This document shows positions 8,215-16,696 of a DNA stretch of 34,881 bases, in pieces; the stretch's first letter is position 1, and every line of letters starts with the position of its first letter. Origin of the DNA: Candidatus Zhuqueibacterota bacterium (GTDB taxonomy: Bacteria; BS750m-G25). A model generated the notes under the pieces. It did no database searches. It saw only the letters and a list, made by a program, of their open reading frames with translations, and was not told the DNA's origin. The stretch lies in contig JADHWK010000021.1 in NCBI GenBank assembly GCA_016783505.1, positions 1-34,881 on the forward strand, in the 5' to 3' direction. The translations under genes were made by a program, and so were the position numbers.

Positions 8215-8609
8215 AACCTATTAAACGTTATTAAGACGTTATCCCTACTTTCCTCCCTCTCAATCCAATCCCTAATAAATGCCATTACACCTTCCATGTT
8301 GTTTTTTATATCAGAAACATAAAACCCTAAAAATTTTATACCTTGTTTTTCGATTTCCCTCTGTCGTATCTTATCCCCTTTGAATTTATTTTCATGACTG
8401 ATGCTATCAATTTCAATCGCCAAACGAAGTCTGCTGCAATAGAAATCTACAATGTAATTCCCAATAGGCTTTTGCCGGGTGAATTTATAGACTTTTACCT
8501 GTCTTCCTTTGATTTGCATCCAAATTAGAACTTCAGACAAGGTGCCTTCCCTACGCAATCTTCTTGAAAGTGCTTTCAGTTTTGGATTGTAATAAGTTTT
8601 CTTTAGCAT
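8211..8609 (-). CDS. DUF559 / Vsr-like endonuclease-domain protein
   Basis: RRLRR..T.SE..IW, KFTRQKPIGNYIVDFYC and LAIEID..H motifs; AT-rich. Confidence 0.85.
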   Translation of the reverse strand: MLKKTYYNPKLKALSRRLRREGTLSEVLIWMQIKGRQVKVYKFTRQKPIGNYIVDFYCSRLRLAIEIDSISHENKFKGDKIRQREIEKQGIKFLGFYVSDIKNNMEGVMAFIRDWIEREESRDNVLITFNRF

Positions 8610-8612
8610 GTC

Positions 8613-8651
8613 TTAAACACCCCCCTTTCATTCCCCCCTTCTTAGGGGGGA
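8613..8651. repeat. Right palindromic arm flanking the DUF559 gene (inverted relative to left arm)
   Basis: Reverse complement reads TCCCCCC-TAAGAA-GGGGGGA-ATGAAA-GGGGGGTGTTTAA. Confidence 0.7.
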
Positions 8652-8778
8652 TGACCACTTCACCCATCGCCATCCATGAACAGGAAATCTTACAAGTCTT
8701 ATTAGTGGGAAAGAACTTTTGGAACCTTTATGAACAGGTATCGAATATTTGATTACCCACACAAAGTCGGGAAGAACC

Positions 8779-10329
8779 TTAAAAATCTTCATGTAATTCT
8801 TTAACAACATCAATGACGGTTCCATCACGGAATTCTATCAGAGCGACGATGCGATCGCCGAAGGTAGGTTTGGCCGGGGTGCCCGTCATGTCATGGGCTA
8901 TTTTTTTAAGCTTTTCGATGGGCATGATGGGCAGGGTGCTCCCTTTGAGCCTATCCAGCAGGTCCTCACGGCGGGGGTTAATGGCGATGCCCCTTTCGGT
9001 GACGATAACATCTATCATCTCCCCGGGGGCGGTCACCGTGGTCACCTCGTCCACGACAATGGGCAGCCGGCCCCGAATCAGGGGAACCGTGATCATGGTA
9101 AGCTGGGCGTCGGCGGCGTCGGTGAAGCCCCCGATGCCGTGCAGGAGCCAGCCGTCGGAGTGGGTGTTTACGTTGACGTTAAAATCAAGATCAATCTCCG
9201 TTCCCCCGAGGACGGACACTTTCACTAGGGAAGCAAAGCACCCCTTAGTATGGTAATTATAGGACACGAATGGATTGGTCTCAATGTGGAAGGGGTTATC
9301 CCTTAGGGAGCGAACACCGGTCAGGTCGAAGGCCTGACCGTCGAGGATGTACTTCACCCGCCCCTCGTTCAACAGGTTAACTAACACCTCGGTTGATCCC
9401 CCCCGGGCGAATGCGGCGGTGACTCCCTTCCGCCCCATGATCTCGGCTAAGTATTTGATGAAGGCCAACGATACCCCCCCGGCTCCGGCCTGGAACGAGA
9501 AATCCGGTTCATCAAGAAGCCCCGAGTCTTCCACGAATCGGGCGGCGTACTGGGCGATCAGAAGCCGGGTGGGGCTGCGGGTGATGCGAGTGGTCCCCGA
9601 GACAATCTGGGCCGGGTCGCCCAGAGAGTCAATCTCGACCACATAATCAATGTTTCCCCCTTCGATGCTCCAGGGGAAGCAGGGGAAGGGGACTAAGTGG
9701 TCGGTGACCACCACCACCCTATCGGCATATAAAGAGTCTGCCAGGGCGAACCCTAATGGACCGCAGGCCGAAGGGCCGTTTACTCCGTTGGCATTCCCGT
9801 GGCGATCGGAACAGGGGGCGGCGATAAAGGCCACATCAATGGGAAGGTCCCCGTCCTGGATGGCCCGGTAGCGACCTCCATGGGAGCGCAAAATGGCCGT
9901 TCCCCTCATCTTTCCCAATGAGCAGGCTTTTCCCACCGGTCCGTTCATGGAACCCTCGATATGGTGGATCACACCGCTTTCGATATGCCGGACCAAGGGT
10001 TCGTGGCAGGGGAACAGGGCCGATGGGGCCGGGACCAGATCCTTCAGCCCCCGCTGGGCCAGCTTGTCCATCACCAGATTGACCAGCCGATCCCCGTTCC
10101 GCAGGTGATGATGAAACGAAATGGTCATACCGTCCTTGATGTCACAGGCATTGATGGCCTCGTCCAGAGAGGTTAACAGCTTGTCCTGGTATTGGCTGGC
10201 GGCCCGAATCGGAGGGCCGATCTTTCTTCCACCGCCCTCATCGGAGTTTGCTCCACCAAAGGGCTTCAGCTTCCTGCCGTCAATCTCCTCGGGGATCAAC
10301 CTGCCGACGGCGTTTTCGATTATTTTCAT
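8779..10329 (-). CDS. citF: Citrate lyase alpha subunit / citrate CoA-transferase family
   Basis: DGMTISFHHHLRNGD, RSHGGR, FQAGAGG, EIDLDFNVNV, TERGIAINP and EFRDGTVIDVV motifs; 516 aa. Confidence 0.92.
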   Translation of the reverse strand: MKIIENAVGRLIPEEIDGRKLKPFGGANSDEGGGRKIGPPIRAASQYQDKLLTSLDEAINACDIKDGMTISFHHHLRNGDRLVNLVMDKLAQRGLKDLVPAPSALFPCHEPLVRHIESGVIHHIEGSMNGPVGKACSLGKMRGTAILRSHGGRYRAIQDGDLPIDVAFIAAPCSDRHGNANGVNGPSACGPLGFALADSLYADRVVVVTDHLVPFPCFPWSIEGGNIDYVVEIDSLGDPAQIVSGTTRITRSPTRLLIAQYAARFVEDSGLLDEPDFSFQAGAGGVSLAFIKYLAEIMGRKGVTAAFARGGSTEVLVNLLNEGRVKYILDGQAFDLTGVRSLRDNPFHIETNPFVSYNYHTKGCFASLVKVSVLGGTEIDLDFNVNVNTHSDGWLLHGIGGFTDAADAQLTMITVPLIRGRLPIVVDEVTTVTAPGEMIDVIVTERGIAINPRREDLLDRLKGSTLPIMPIEKLKKIAHDMTGTPAKPTFGDRIVALIEFRDGTVIDVVKELHEDF

Positions 10330-10397
10330 AGCTCTGTTATCTCTTTAATTTTTGTAAATGTAAAAGGTGCGTTTAATCTTTAATCATTTACTCCTCA

Positions 10398-10461
10398 TGG
10401 AATACGAGTAAAACATAATTTACTAACATTGGAATGTGAGTAAAATATATTTTACTAACAA
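10398..10461. repeat. Tandem 32-bp repeat with palindromic core AGTAAA-N6-TTTACT (operator-like)
   Basis: TGGAATACGAGTAAAACATAATTTACTAACAT followed directly by TGGAATGTGAGTAAAATATATTTTACTAACAA. Confidence 0.7.
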
Positions 10462-10697
10462 TCCAAGAAAACCCTCATTCAAGAAAAAAGACGGGCACTA
10501 GCCGTCTATATGAGACAACTTCTTAAAAATTGGTCAGACGCCTGACTGATTTACACTTTGCATTTTACATTTTGCAATTTGAAGCTTCGCCAAATTTATG
10601 TTGTTTCCCCTCTCGTCGGGTTGCTTGCCCGGTCCGCCGTGCCCGGCTAGGGTAGGAGGCTACGCTCCCAGGGGGGCGAAGCTTCGCTAGATGAATT

Positions 10698-11885
10698 CTA
10701 TTCTGATTCTAACAATCCCATTCTTTTTGCCAATTCCAGTGTCCTTCGGGCCCGGGCAGCCACCGGGGCATCTATCATCTTCCGGCCCAACGAGGCGACT
10801 CCAGATCCCTTTTCTTCCGCTTCCCTTAAGGCGGCCAATACCTTCTGGGCGTGCTCAATTTGCTTCGGGGTGGGAGCAAAAGCCCGGTGAACCGGCTCAA
10901 TCTGACCGGGGTGGATCAAGCCCTTGCCGTCGAAGCCCAGGGAGATGGCCTCTTTAGTGCTGGCGATCAGGCCCTCGGTGTCGGCCACATCCGAGAAAAC
11001 GGTGTCAATGGCCTGGACGCCGGCGGCCCGGGCAGCCAACACCAATTGACAGCGGGCCAGGTAGCTTTCCCGGCCCTCCTTGGTCCGGTCGGTCCCGATG
11101 TCGGCGGTGAAGTCCTCAGCCCCGAAGCAGATGGCCACCACCCTGGGGCTGGCGGAGGCGATCTCAAAGGCGAGCAGTACCCCCTTAGCCGACTCAATGA
11201 TGGGCATCAAGAAGGTCTCCTTTTTCTGATCGAACCTCTTCTCAATACTGGCGATCCGTTCTTCAACAGCCTGTACATCTTCCTTTCCCTCGCACTTGGG
11301 GATGAGGATGGTGTCCGGTCCGGCGGGGATGATCTGCTCTAAATCATCGGCCCCAAACGGGGTCCTAAACGAATTAATCCTCACCATACGCTCGGAGCTT
11401 CCGAAATCCACCGCCCGGAGGGAGTTACGAACTAAAATCCGGGCGTCGGGCTTGTCGGCTGGGGCCACCGAGTCCTCCAGGTCCAGGATGATGGCGTCAG
11501 CACCGAACAGCCCGGCATTCAGCATCAGGTCGGGGTTGTTGCCGGGGATGTAGAGCCTTGATCTCCTTAACCGATCCCTGGTCACTTGAGGCTGGGGCCC
11601 CTTTGCCGGGGGCAGAACCCCGGGACCCTCGATGGGTAAAAGCTCGCGGGCGGCGTCCTCGACCCGGGCCATAATGACGTGGTCCAAGGCCCCCCGATCA
11701 TTCGCCTTTACGTGTACATGTTGGATACCCAGTTTTTGAAGGGTGTTCTGAATGGTCGCCTTTATTTGTTCCCCAAACAGTGTCTGCACAGAGCTGGTCA
11801 GGTCAATCCCAATAACTCCGGTCTCCCGTTTTTCCAGTTCGATGAGAATATCGCCCTTTTCGGCCCGTCCGGATGTTACCGTCAT
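10698..11885 (-). CDS. citE: Fusion of a citrate lyase ACP-like (CitD) domain and citryl-CoA lyase beta subunit (CitE)
   Basis: aa 1-85 match the CitD pattern (SSVQTLFGEQI, DRGALDHVIMARV). aa ~105-395 match CitE (RRSRLYIPGNNP, ILDLEDSV, IIESAKG, GAEDF, GKGLIHP, MIDAP). Confidence 0.9.
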   Translation of the reverse strand: MTVTSGRAEKGDILIELEKRETGVIGIDLTSSVQTLFGEQIKATIQNTLQKLGIQHVHVKANDRGALDHVIMARVEDAARELLPIEGPGVLPPAKGPQPQVTRDRLRRSRLYIPGNNPDLMLNAGLFGADAIILDLEDSVAPADKPDARILVRNSLRAVDFGSSERMVRINSFRTPFGADDLEQIIPAGPDTILIPKCEGKEDVQAVEERIASIEKRFDQKKETFLMPIIESAKGVLLAFEIASASPRVVAICFGAEDFTADIGTDRTKEGRESYLARCQLVLAARAAGVQAIDTVFSDVADTEGLIASTKEAISLGFDGKGLIHPGQIEPVHRAFAPTPKQIEHAQKVLAALREAEEKGSGVASLGRKMIDAPVAARARRTLELAKRMGLLESE

Positions 11886-12095
11886 GATTCACACCTTTAA
11901 TTTTTTATTGCTCTTCCTGGATTAGCGTGTATAAGCATAGGTGATACGCTGTTACATAATTAGGATAAATCCCAAATTCCAAACAATATCAAATGACCAA
12001 AATTCCAATTAGTCGGGCGACCGATTGCGAAGCTCGTCTCGTTATTCGGAGGACGGTTGCCGTCAATGTTACACAAACCTTATTCACACGACTGA

Positions 12096-12119
12096 CCTGT
12101 TAATCCCGAAGATTCGGGA
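12096..12119. repeat. Copy of the CCTGTTAATCCCGAAG(A/T)TTCGGGA repeat
   Basis: 23/24 identical to 930-953. Confidence 0.75.
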
Positions 12120-12141
12120 TAACCGAAAACCGCACCACGAT

Positions 12142-12183
12142 GCGAGCCCTGTTAAATGCTCCTAACCTGTTTAACAGGGCGAG
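12142..12183. repeat. Hairpin GCCCTGTTAAA...TTTAACAGGGC bounded by direct GCGAG repeats
   Basis: 11-bp inverted arms at 12146-12156 and 12170-12180; GCGAG at 12142-12146 and 12179-12183. Confidence 0.6.
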
Positions 12184-12387
12184 TAGCGTAACCGTGGGAC
12201 GTTTTATGCAACCTAACTAATTTTTTGTTGTAGTCAATTCTTAAAAATTCCAAGACGTTTAGTTACTGTTTAACCAACAGAAATCCGATCATTTGGGGTG
12301 GAGGAAAGCGAAGAATCAAAGGGTACCCTCCATCTTCTCTGCTCCCCTGCTCCCCAGCCCCTCTGCTAACATTAATACTAAGATACC

Positions 12388-12972
12388 TCAACTTTCACTG
12401 ATTTTACGACTACCCGGCTTGACAAGTTCTATCCCCTGCTGACACAGGGGACAGTCTTCGGGGGAATAATTTCTGACATCCATCTTGATTAAAGAAAAAG
12501 TGGGAATATCAAACTTGGCTTTTCCCCCGCTGCGGTCCACCAGACAGCCGAACCCCACCACATCCCCACCCATTTCCCTGACCGCATTCATTACCTCCAA
12601 GGCCGACCCCCCGGTGGTGGTCACATCCTCCACTACCAAGGCACGTTCCCCTTTTCGGATCTCAAATCCCCTCCGCAGGGTCATCTTCCCCCCCTCCCTT
12701 TCGGCGAAGATAGCCCTTCTCCTCAGCGGCCTGCCCACCTCCTGGGCCACCACGATCCCCCCGATGGCCGGAGCGACGACCACGTCAACCTTGGAATCCG
12801 AAAAATAGTTAGCAATCTCCCCGCACAATCGTTCCGCATGCCAGGGATACTGCAGCACCTTAGCGCACTGGAAATATTGGGGGCTGTGCAGGCCGGAGCT
12901 CAGCAGGAAGTGGCCGTTCAATAAGGCCCCGGTCTCCTTAAATACTGATAATATCTCTTGTTTACTTAACAT
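12388..12972 (-). CDS. pyrE: Orotate phosphoribosyltransferase
   Basis: GHFLLSSGLHS and PRPP-binding LVVEDVTTTGGS motifs; close to pyrF. Confidence 0.96.
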   Translation of the reverse strand: MLSKQEILSVFKETGALLNGHFLLSSGLHSPQYFQCAKVLQYPWHAERLCGEIANYFSDSKVDVVVAPAIGGIVVAQEVGRPLRRRAIFAEREGGKMTLRRGFEIRKGERALVVEDVTTTGGSALEVMNAVREMGGDVVGFGCLVDRSGGKAKFDIPTFSLIKMDVRNYSPEDCPLCQQGIELVKPGSRKISES

Positions 12973-14222
12973 TAGGGCTCCGTGGTAAATGAAAACGAAA
13001 ACGTTGCTGACAATCGGTCTCCACCCTGGGCCCGGCAGGTGGTATCAATTTCGATTTCATAGAGGGTGTTACGAACCAGGTTGTCTACTGGATCAAACGA
13101 AAATCGGACGTAATTCGTCCATTCAAAATTCCCATCAACTCCCGGGGAAATGGAAAAGGCATCTTCAACAGATTGTTGATCCATCAGGGTGTTAAACACC
13201 ACATAAGGGCTGTAGTTAATACTCACCCCCGTAGCCCCGTTGGCTGGCCAGTAGTATTCGACCCTCAACGGCTCCGTGGTAAACGAAAAGCTAAAGGTCT
13301 CTTCTAAGTGAAATCCATTTACGTCTTCCGCGGAGGTATCAATCGTTATAGTATAGAGGGTGTTGGAAAACAAATAACGTTCCCACGGTTCAAAATACAT
13401 AGTGGCAGTACGATGGTAAGAGGAGAATGTAAGATTGCCGGGGTTTTCGGGATTGATACCAAATGCCTCTTCCAAACTACTCGGTTTCATCTGGGTGTTA
13501 AAATACATGATAATATGATAACAATGCGTTGATACGTAACTCGAACCATCCTCCGGACGTGTATTTACCCTGATGGGTGCCGTTGTAAAAGAGAAAGAAT
13601 AATCGAATGACAGGCTATCACCGTCGAGGGTATGGGCACCCATGCCCAATGTTACCGTGTATTCGGTGTTAGGATAAAAGGAATAGGATGCAGAATAGAT
13701 ACAGACACTACGAAACCCATTCCAATCAAAGATGACTTCAATTGATGGATTAATATCAAAGGCATCTTCAACGCTCCCTTGGTCCATATCCTCCCGAAAC
13801 GAAAAACAAATAGAGGTATTTGGACGAACATCCCGTTGTCCGTCAGAAGGGGAGACAGACCATATTTGATCCGGAAATGGGGAGAGCTCAATTTCCGACA
13901 CCGCCGTTGTGCTCCCATCGTAAACGATCACATCATACCTTTGTGTGGTCCCGTAACCCTCGGCCGAGACCTCAAGGATATAGACCCCCGGCGGCAGGTC
14001 GTCAATCCGATAGCGACCCTCCGAGTCAATCACATCGCTCCCCACCGCCGTCTCCTGAACGGCATCCACCCGGGCGTTGGAATCTGCGGGCTTCACCGTT
14101 CCCACAATAGTCCCGTTTTCCTTTTCAACCATCACCGTATACTTATCCTCGCATCCGAAAAACACCCCCATAAAGGCCAGCAGAAGAACGGCCAACCAGA
14201 AAGAGGATTTTACTCGCAACAT
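12972..14222 (-). CDS. Lipoprotein with carboxypeptidase-regulatory-like domain and three SbsA/Big_5-type Ig-like repeats
   Basis: Lipobox FFGC; GRYRIDDLPPGVYILEVSAEGY; three repeats of P.(D/N)G...V...F...M...S(V/L)E.AF.I.P...FSFTT(A/E)P; SD GGAGGAGG. Confidence 0.8.
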   Translation of the reverse strand: MLRVKSSFWLAVLLLAFMGVFFGCEDKYTVMVEKENGTIVGTVKPADSNARVDAVQETAVGSDVIDSEGRYRIDDLPPGVYILEVSAEGYGTTQRYDVIVYDGSTTAVSEIELSPFPDQIWSVSPSDGQRDVRPNTSICFSFREDMDQGSVEDAFDINPSIEVIFDWNGFRSVCIYSASYSFYPNTEYTVTLGMGAHTLDGDSLSFDYSFSFTTAPIRVNTRPEDGSSYVSTHCYHIIMYFNTQMKPSSLEEAFGINPENPGNLTFSSYHRTATMYFEPWERYLFSNTLYTITIDTSAEDVNGFHLEETFSFSFTTEPLRVEYYWPANGATGVSINYSPYVVFNTLMDQQSVEDAFSISPGVDGNFEWTNYVRFSFDPVDNLVRNTLYEIEIDTTCRAQGGDRLSATFSFSFTTEP

Positions 14223-14304
14223 TTCCCCTCCTCCTTTTTTAGGGTACGATGCATCGTGCCTCTACATTTATCCACTTATCATTGAATTTCCCGACCCACC
14301 CCTA

Positions 14305-15120
14305 TTACTTAATTTTTCTTATCCGATTTATCGCATCCCTCAATTCAGCCGCCTTCTTCCTGGCTGCCCTTGCAAAATCCTTCCCTGATGAGGCGTAAAT
14401 AATAGACCGAGAGACGTTAATCAGGGCCAGTTCCCCGTTTTTGTCCGTGCCAACCTTAACAGTTGCCTCCAGATCCCCCCCCTGGGCCCCGATACCCGGT
14501 ATTAAGATGGGCATCCCAGGGGCCAACCCCCGGATCCTTTTCAATTCCTGGGGCCGGGTGGCCCCCACCACCAGCCCACAGTTATCCCTTACGTTCCATT
14601 CACGAACCTTTTCTATTATCCGCTCATATAGGGGAATGCGGCCGTCAGAAAAATACTGAAAATCCCGGGCTCCTTTGTTTGAGGTCAGAGCCAGGATAAA
14701 CACCCCCCTATCTTCATGTTCGAGAAACGGGGCCACCGAATCGGCCCCCAGAAACGGGTTCACCGTTACCGCATCGAACCCCAAAGAATCGAAAAAGGCC
14801 CTGGCATATTGCTTAGCCGTGTTTCCGATGTCCCCCCGCTTACCGTCGGCGATGGTGATGATGCCGGGGGGGATCAGCTTGACTGTTTCCTCCAACCCTT
14901 TCCACCCCCCGGCCCCCCGGGCCTCGTAGAAGGCGGTGTTCAACTTATAGGCACAGACTAAGTCTGCAGTGGCCTCCACGATTGCCCGGTTAAAGGCCAG
15001 AACAGGTGCTGTTTCTTTCCCAAAGAAGGGGGGGATCTTTTCTATATCCGTATCCAGACCGACACAAAGGAGAGAGTCATTGTCTCGGGAAATACGTTTT
15101 AACTTTTCCAGAAATTTCAT
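14305..15120 (-). CDS. pyrF: Orotidine-5'-phosphate decarboxylase (type 2)
   Basis: LCVGLD, DGKRGDIGNT, LTSN, LVVGAT, PGIGAQGG and SRSIIYA motifs; ATG at 15120 preferred to TTG at 15135. Confidence 0.96.
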   Translation of the reverse strand: MKFLEKLKRISRDNDSLLCVGLDTDIEKIPPFFGKETAPVLAFNRAIVEATADLVCAYKLNTAFYEARGAGGWKGLEETVKLIPPGIITIADGKRGDIGNTAKQYARAFFDSLGFDAVTVNPFLGADSVAPFLEHEDRGVFILALTSNKGARDFQYFSDGRIPLYERIIEKVREWNVRDNCGLVVGATRPQELKRIRGLAPGMPILIPGIGAQGGDLEATVKVGTDKNGELALINVSRSIIYASSGKDFARAARKKAAELRDAINRIRKIK

Positions 15121-15198
15121 GTTGGCTCGGGGCAAATGGTATTTTTCTTTAAATTTAACATATTTTGGATAATAATCAATTAAAAAATAAAAATTTTA

Positions 15199-15295
15199 TT
15201 GACTAATTTTGTAAAAAGTCTTATTTTACCAAGTAGTATAATACCGAACGGTAAAATATTATTACACCGGTCGGTATTATACCAACCGGTAAAAT
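15199..15295 (+). promoter_or_regulatory. Putative promoter (TTGACT-N17-TATTTT) followed by three TACCGNNCGGTA-like palindromic operators
   Basis: TACCGAACGGTA (15242), CACCGGTCGGTA (15265), TACCAACCGGTA (15280). Confidence 0.6.
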
Positions 15296-15346
15296 CTACT
15301 GCCTGGTTTTTAAGAAATGGACTCCTAAATTGTAAAACTTGATGCG

Positions 15347-16432
15347 ATGCTAACTACACTGAAAAAATATCCGGCTATTTTGAAATTCTTCTACCAAAAC
15401 TTATCAGGACCTTTTGAGGAAAAGTTAGATGAATTGCATCCTCTAATGAAAGCAATTATTCATAACTCTCCCTATCTAAAATTTGTGAATAACTTTCTCG
15501 AAAATTTTACTTTTTTGGGAAAAGAATATCACAATAAAATTGAAGAAATTTTAAAACGGCCCATTTCTGACCCTAACGGAAACGCTGGTATTGTAGCCTG
15601 GCATAATATTTTGGCCGAGTTAACGGCCTTATATATTCTATCAAACAAACTGAATCTCAAAGTAACAGGACTTGAAAGAGTTTCACACCGATATTCTGTA
15701 CAAAACAGGGGGAAATGTGATTTTAGGGTCGAAAACAATCATAGAGAAATTTACTTTGATGTAAAGGACAAAAGTAGTGAATTAAAGCAAACACCCCCAC
15801 CCCGTCTTGATAGAAAATTAAAGGAAATAAAAAGCCCCTTTGTGATCAGTCCTCAATTAAGGAATCGTAATTATAAATGTGATAACCTCGATCAAAAAAT
15901 CGAAACCATTAAAAATGGAATTAATCAAAAGAAAAAAGAGGCAGCTCAGCTAAAAAGACCTTTATATGGATTCAGGTTGGACCTGGAAGATTTCGAGGTT
16001 TTTCTCACCCCCAAAAATAAGGACTTGGCAGATAATTATTATGGATCCGATTTTTTTAACCCTGATGATTCAATTGAGGATTCTTCAAATTGGCTATTCG
16101 GCGAAAATAGCAAGGTAAAAGAAAGTGAACCAAAAAAGCCTATGGTTAAAATTGCTGAAGAAAAGGGCGCGGACTACTTGATGTGCTTAATAAATCCATG
16201 GATCGGAAATGGGATTAAGACATTTGATGATTTCATAAAAGGTCTATTCTCTAACAATGTCAAGACGGCCTACATATTAAAACCCACAAGTGAAAAATGT
16301 AAAAGAATAAGAATTTATGAAAGCACCGACATAAGGTTAGGAACAAAAATTTCAGGTATCATAATCTTTTTGTCTAAAGGTCACTTTCGCATTATTAATA
16401 ATTTGAATAGCAAATATGGATTCTATATATAA
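15347..16432 (+). CDS. AT-rich hypothetical protein, possible PD-(D/E)xK nuclease fold
   Basis: 361-aa ORF; ILAEL...KCDFRV-x7-IYFDVK pattern; spot-counted lines 22-38% GC. Confidence 0.6.
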   Translation: MLTTLKKYPAILKFFYQNLSGPFEEKLDELHPLMKAIIHNSPYLKFVNNFLENFTFLGKEYHNKIEEILKRPISDPNGNAGIVAWHNILAELTALYILSNKLNLKVTGLERVSHRYSVQNRGKCDFRVENNHREIYFDVKDKSSELKQTPPPRLDRKLKEIKSPFVISPQLRNRNYKCDNLDQKIETIKNGINQKKKEAAQLKRPLYGFRLDLEDFEVFLTPKNKDLADNYYGSDFFNPDDSIEDSSNWLFGENSKVKESEPKKPMVKIAEEKGADYLMCLINPWIGNGIKTFDDFIKGLFSNNVKTAYILKPTSEKCKRIRIYESTDIRLGTKISGIIIFLSKGHFRIINNLNSKYGFYI

Positions 16433-16475
16433 AACCCGAATATTATTGCGTGATTAGATATTGGAAGAAATTATA

Positions 16476-16682
16476 ATGAAACTTCCCAAGCTTCAACTTT
16501 CCACCCAGATCTTCATCGGAATTCTCATCGGCATCATCGTCGGTGTGCTTTTTGGCGAAAACCTCCAAATCGTCAAATCACTTGGCGATATCTTTATCCG
16601 ACTTTTAAAAATGATTGTCGTACCCCTGGTTATCATACCCATCACCACCTTCGTCATTACATCTAAAACAGTCCTAAGTTAA
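16476..16682 (+). pseudogene. N-terminal remnant (TM1-TM2) of a dicarboxylate/amino acid:cation symporter
   Basis: LSTQIFIGILIGIIVG...LGDIFIRLLKMIVVPLV is the typical GltP/DAACS N-terminus; similarity then ends and the frame stops after about 68 codons. Confidence 0.8.
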
Positions 16683-16696
16683 GGAGGCATTAACAA

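Noticed and set aside
8628-8828. 66-aa ORF between citF and the DUF559 gene
   Set aside because: Overlaps the citF 3' end and the palindromic arm; no family features.
10398-10461. CRISPR mini-array
   Set aside because: Two adjacent units with no spacer and no cas genes.
7108-10673. Composite transposon bounded by the inverted 32-bp repeats
   Set aside because: No transposase or target duplication, and it would separate citF from citE. A dispersed repeat is the simpler explanation.
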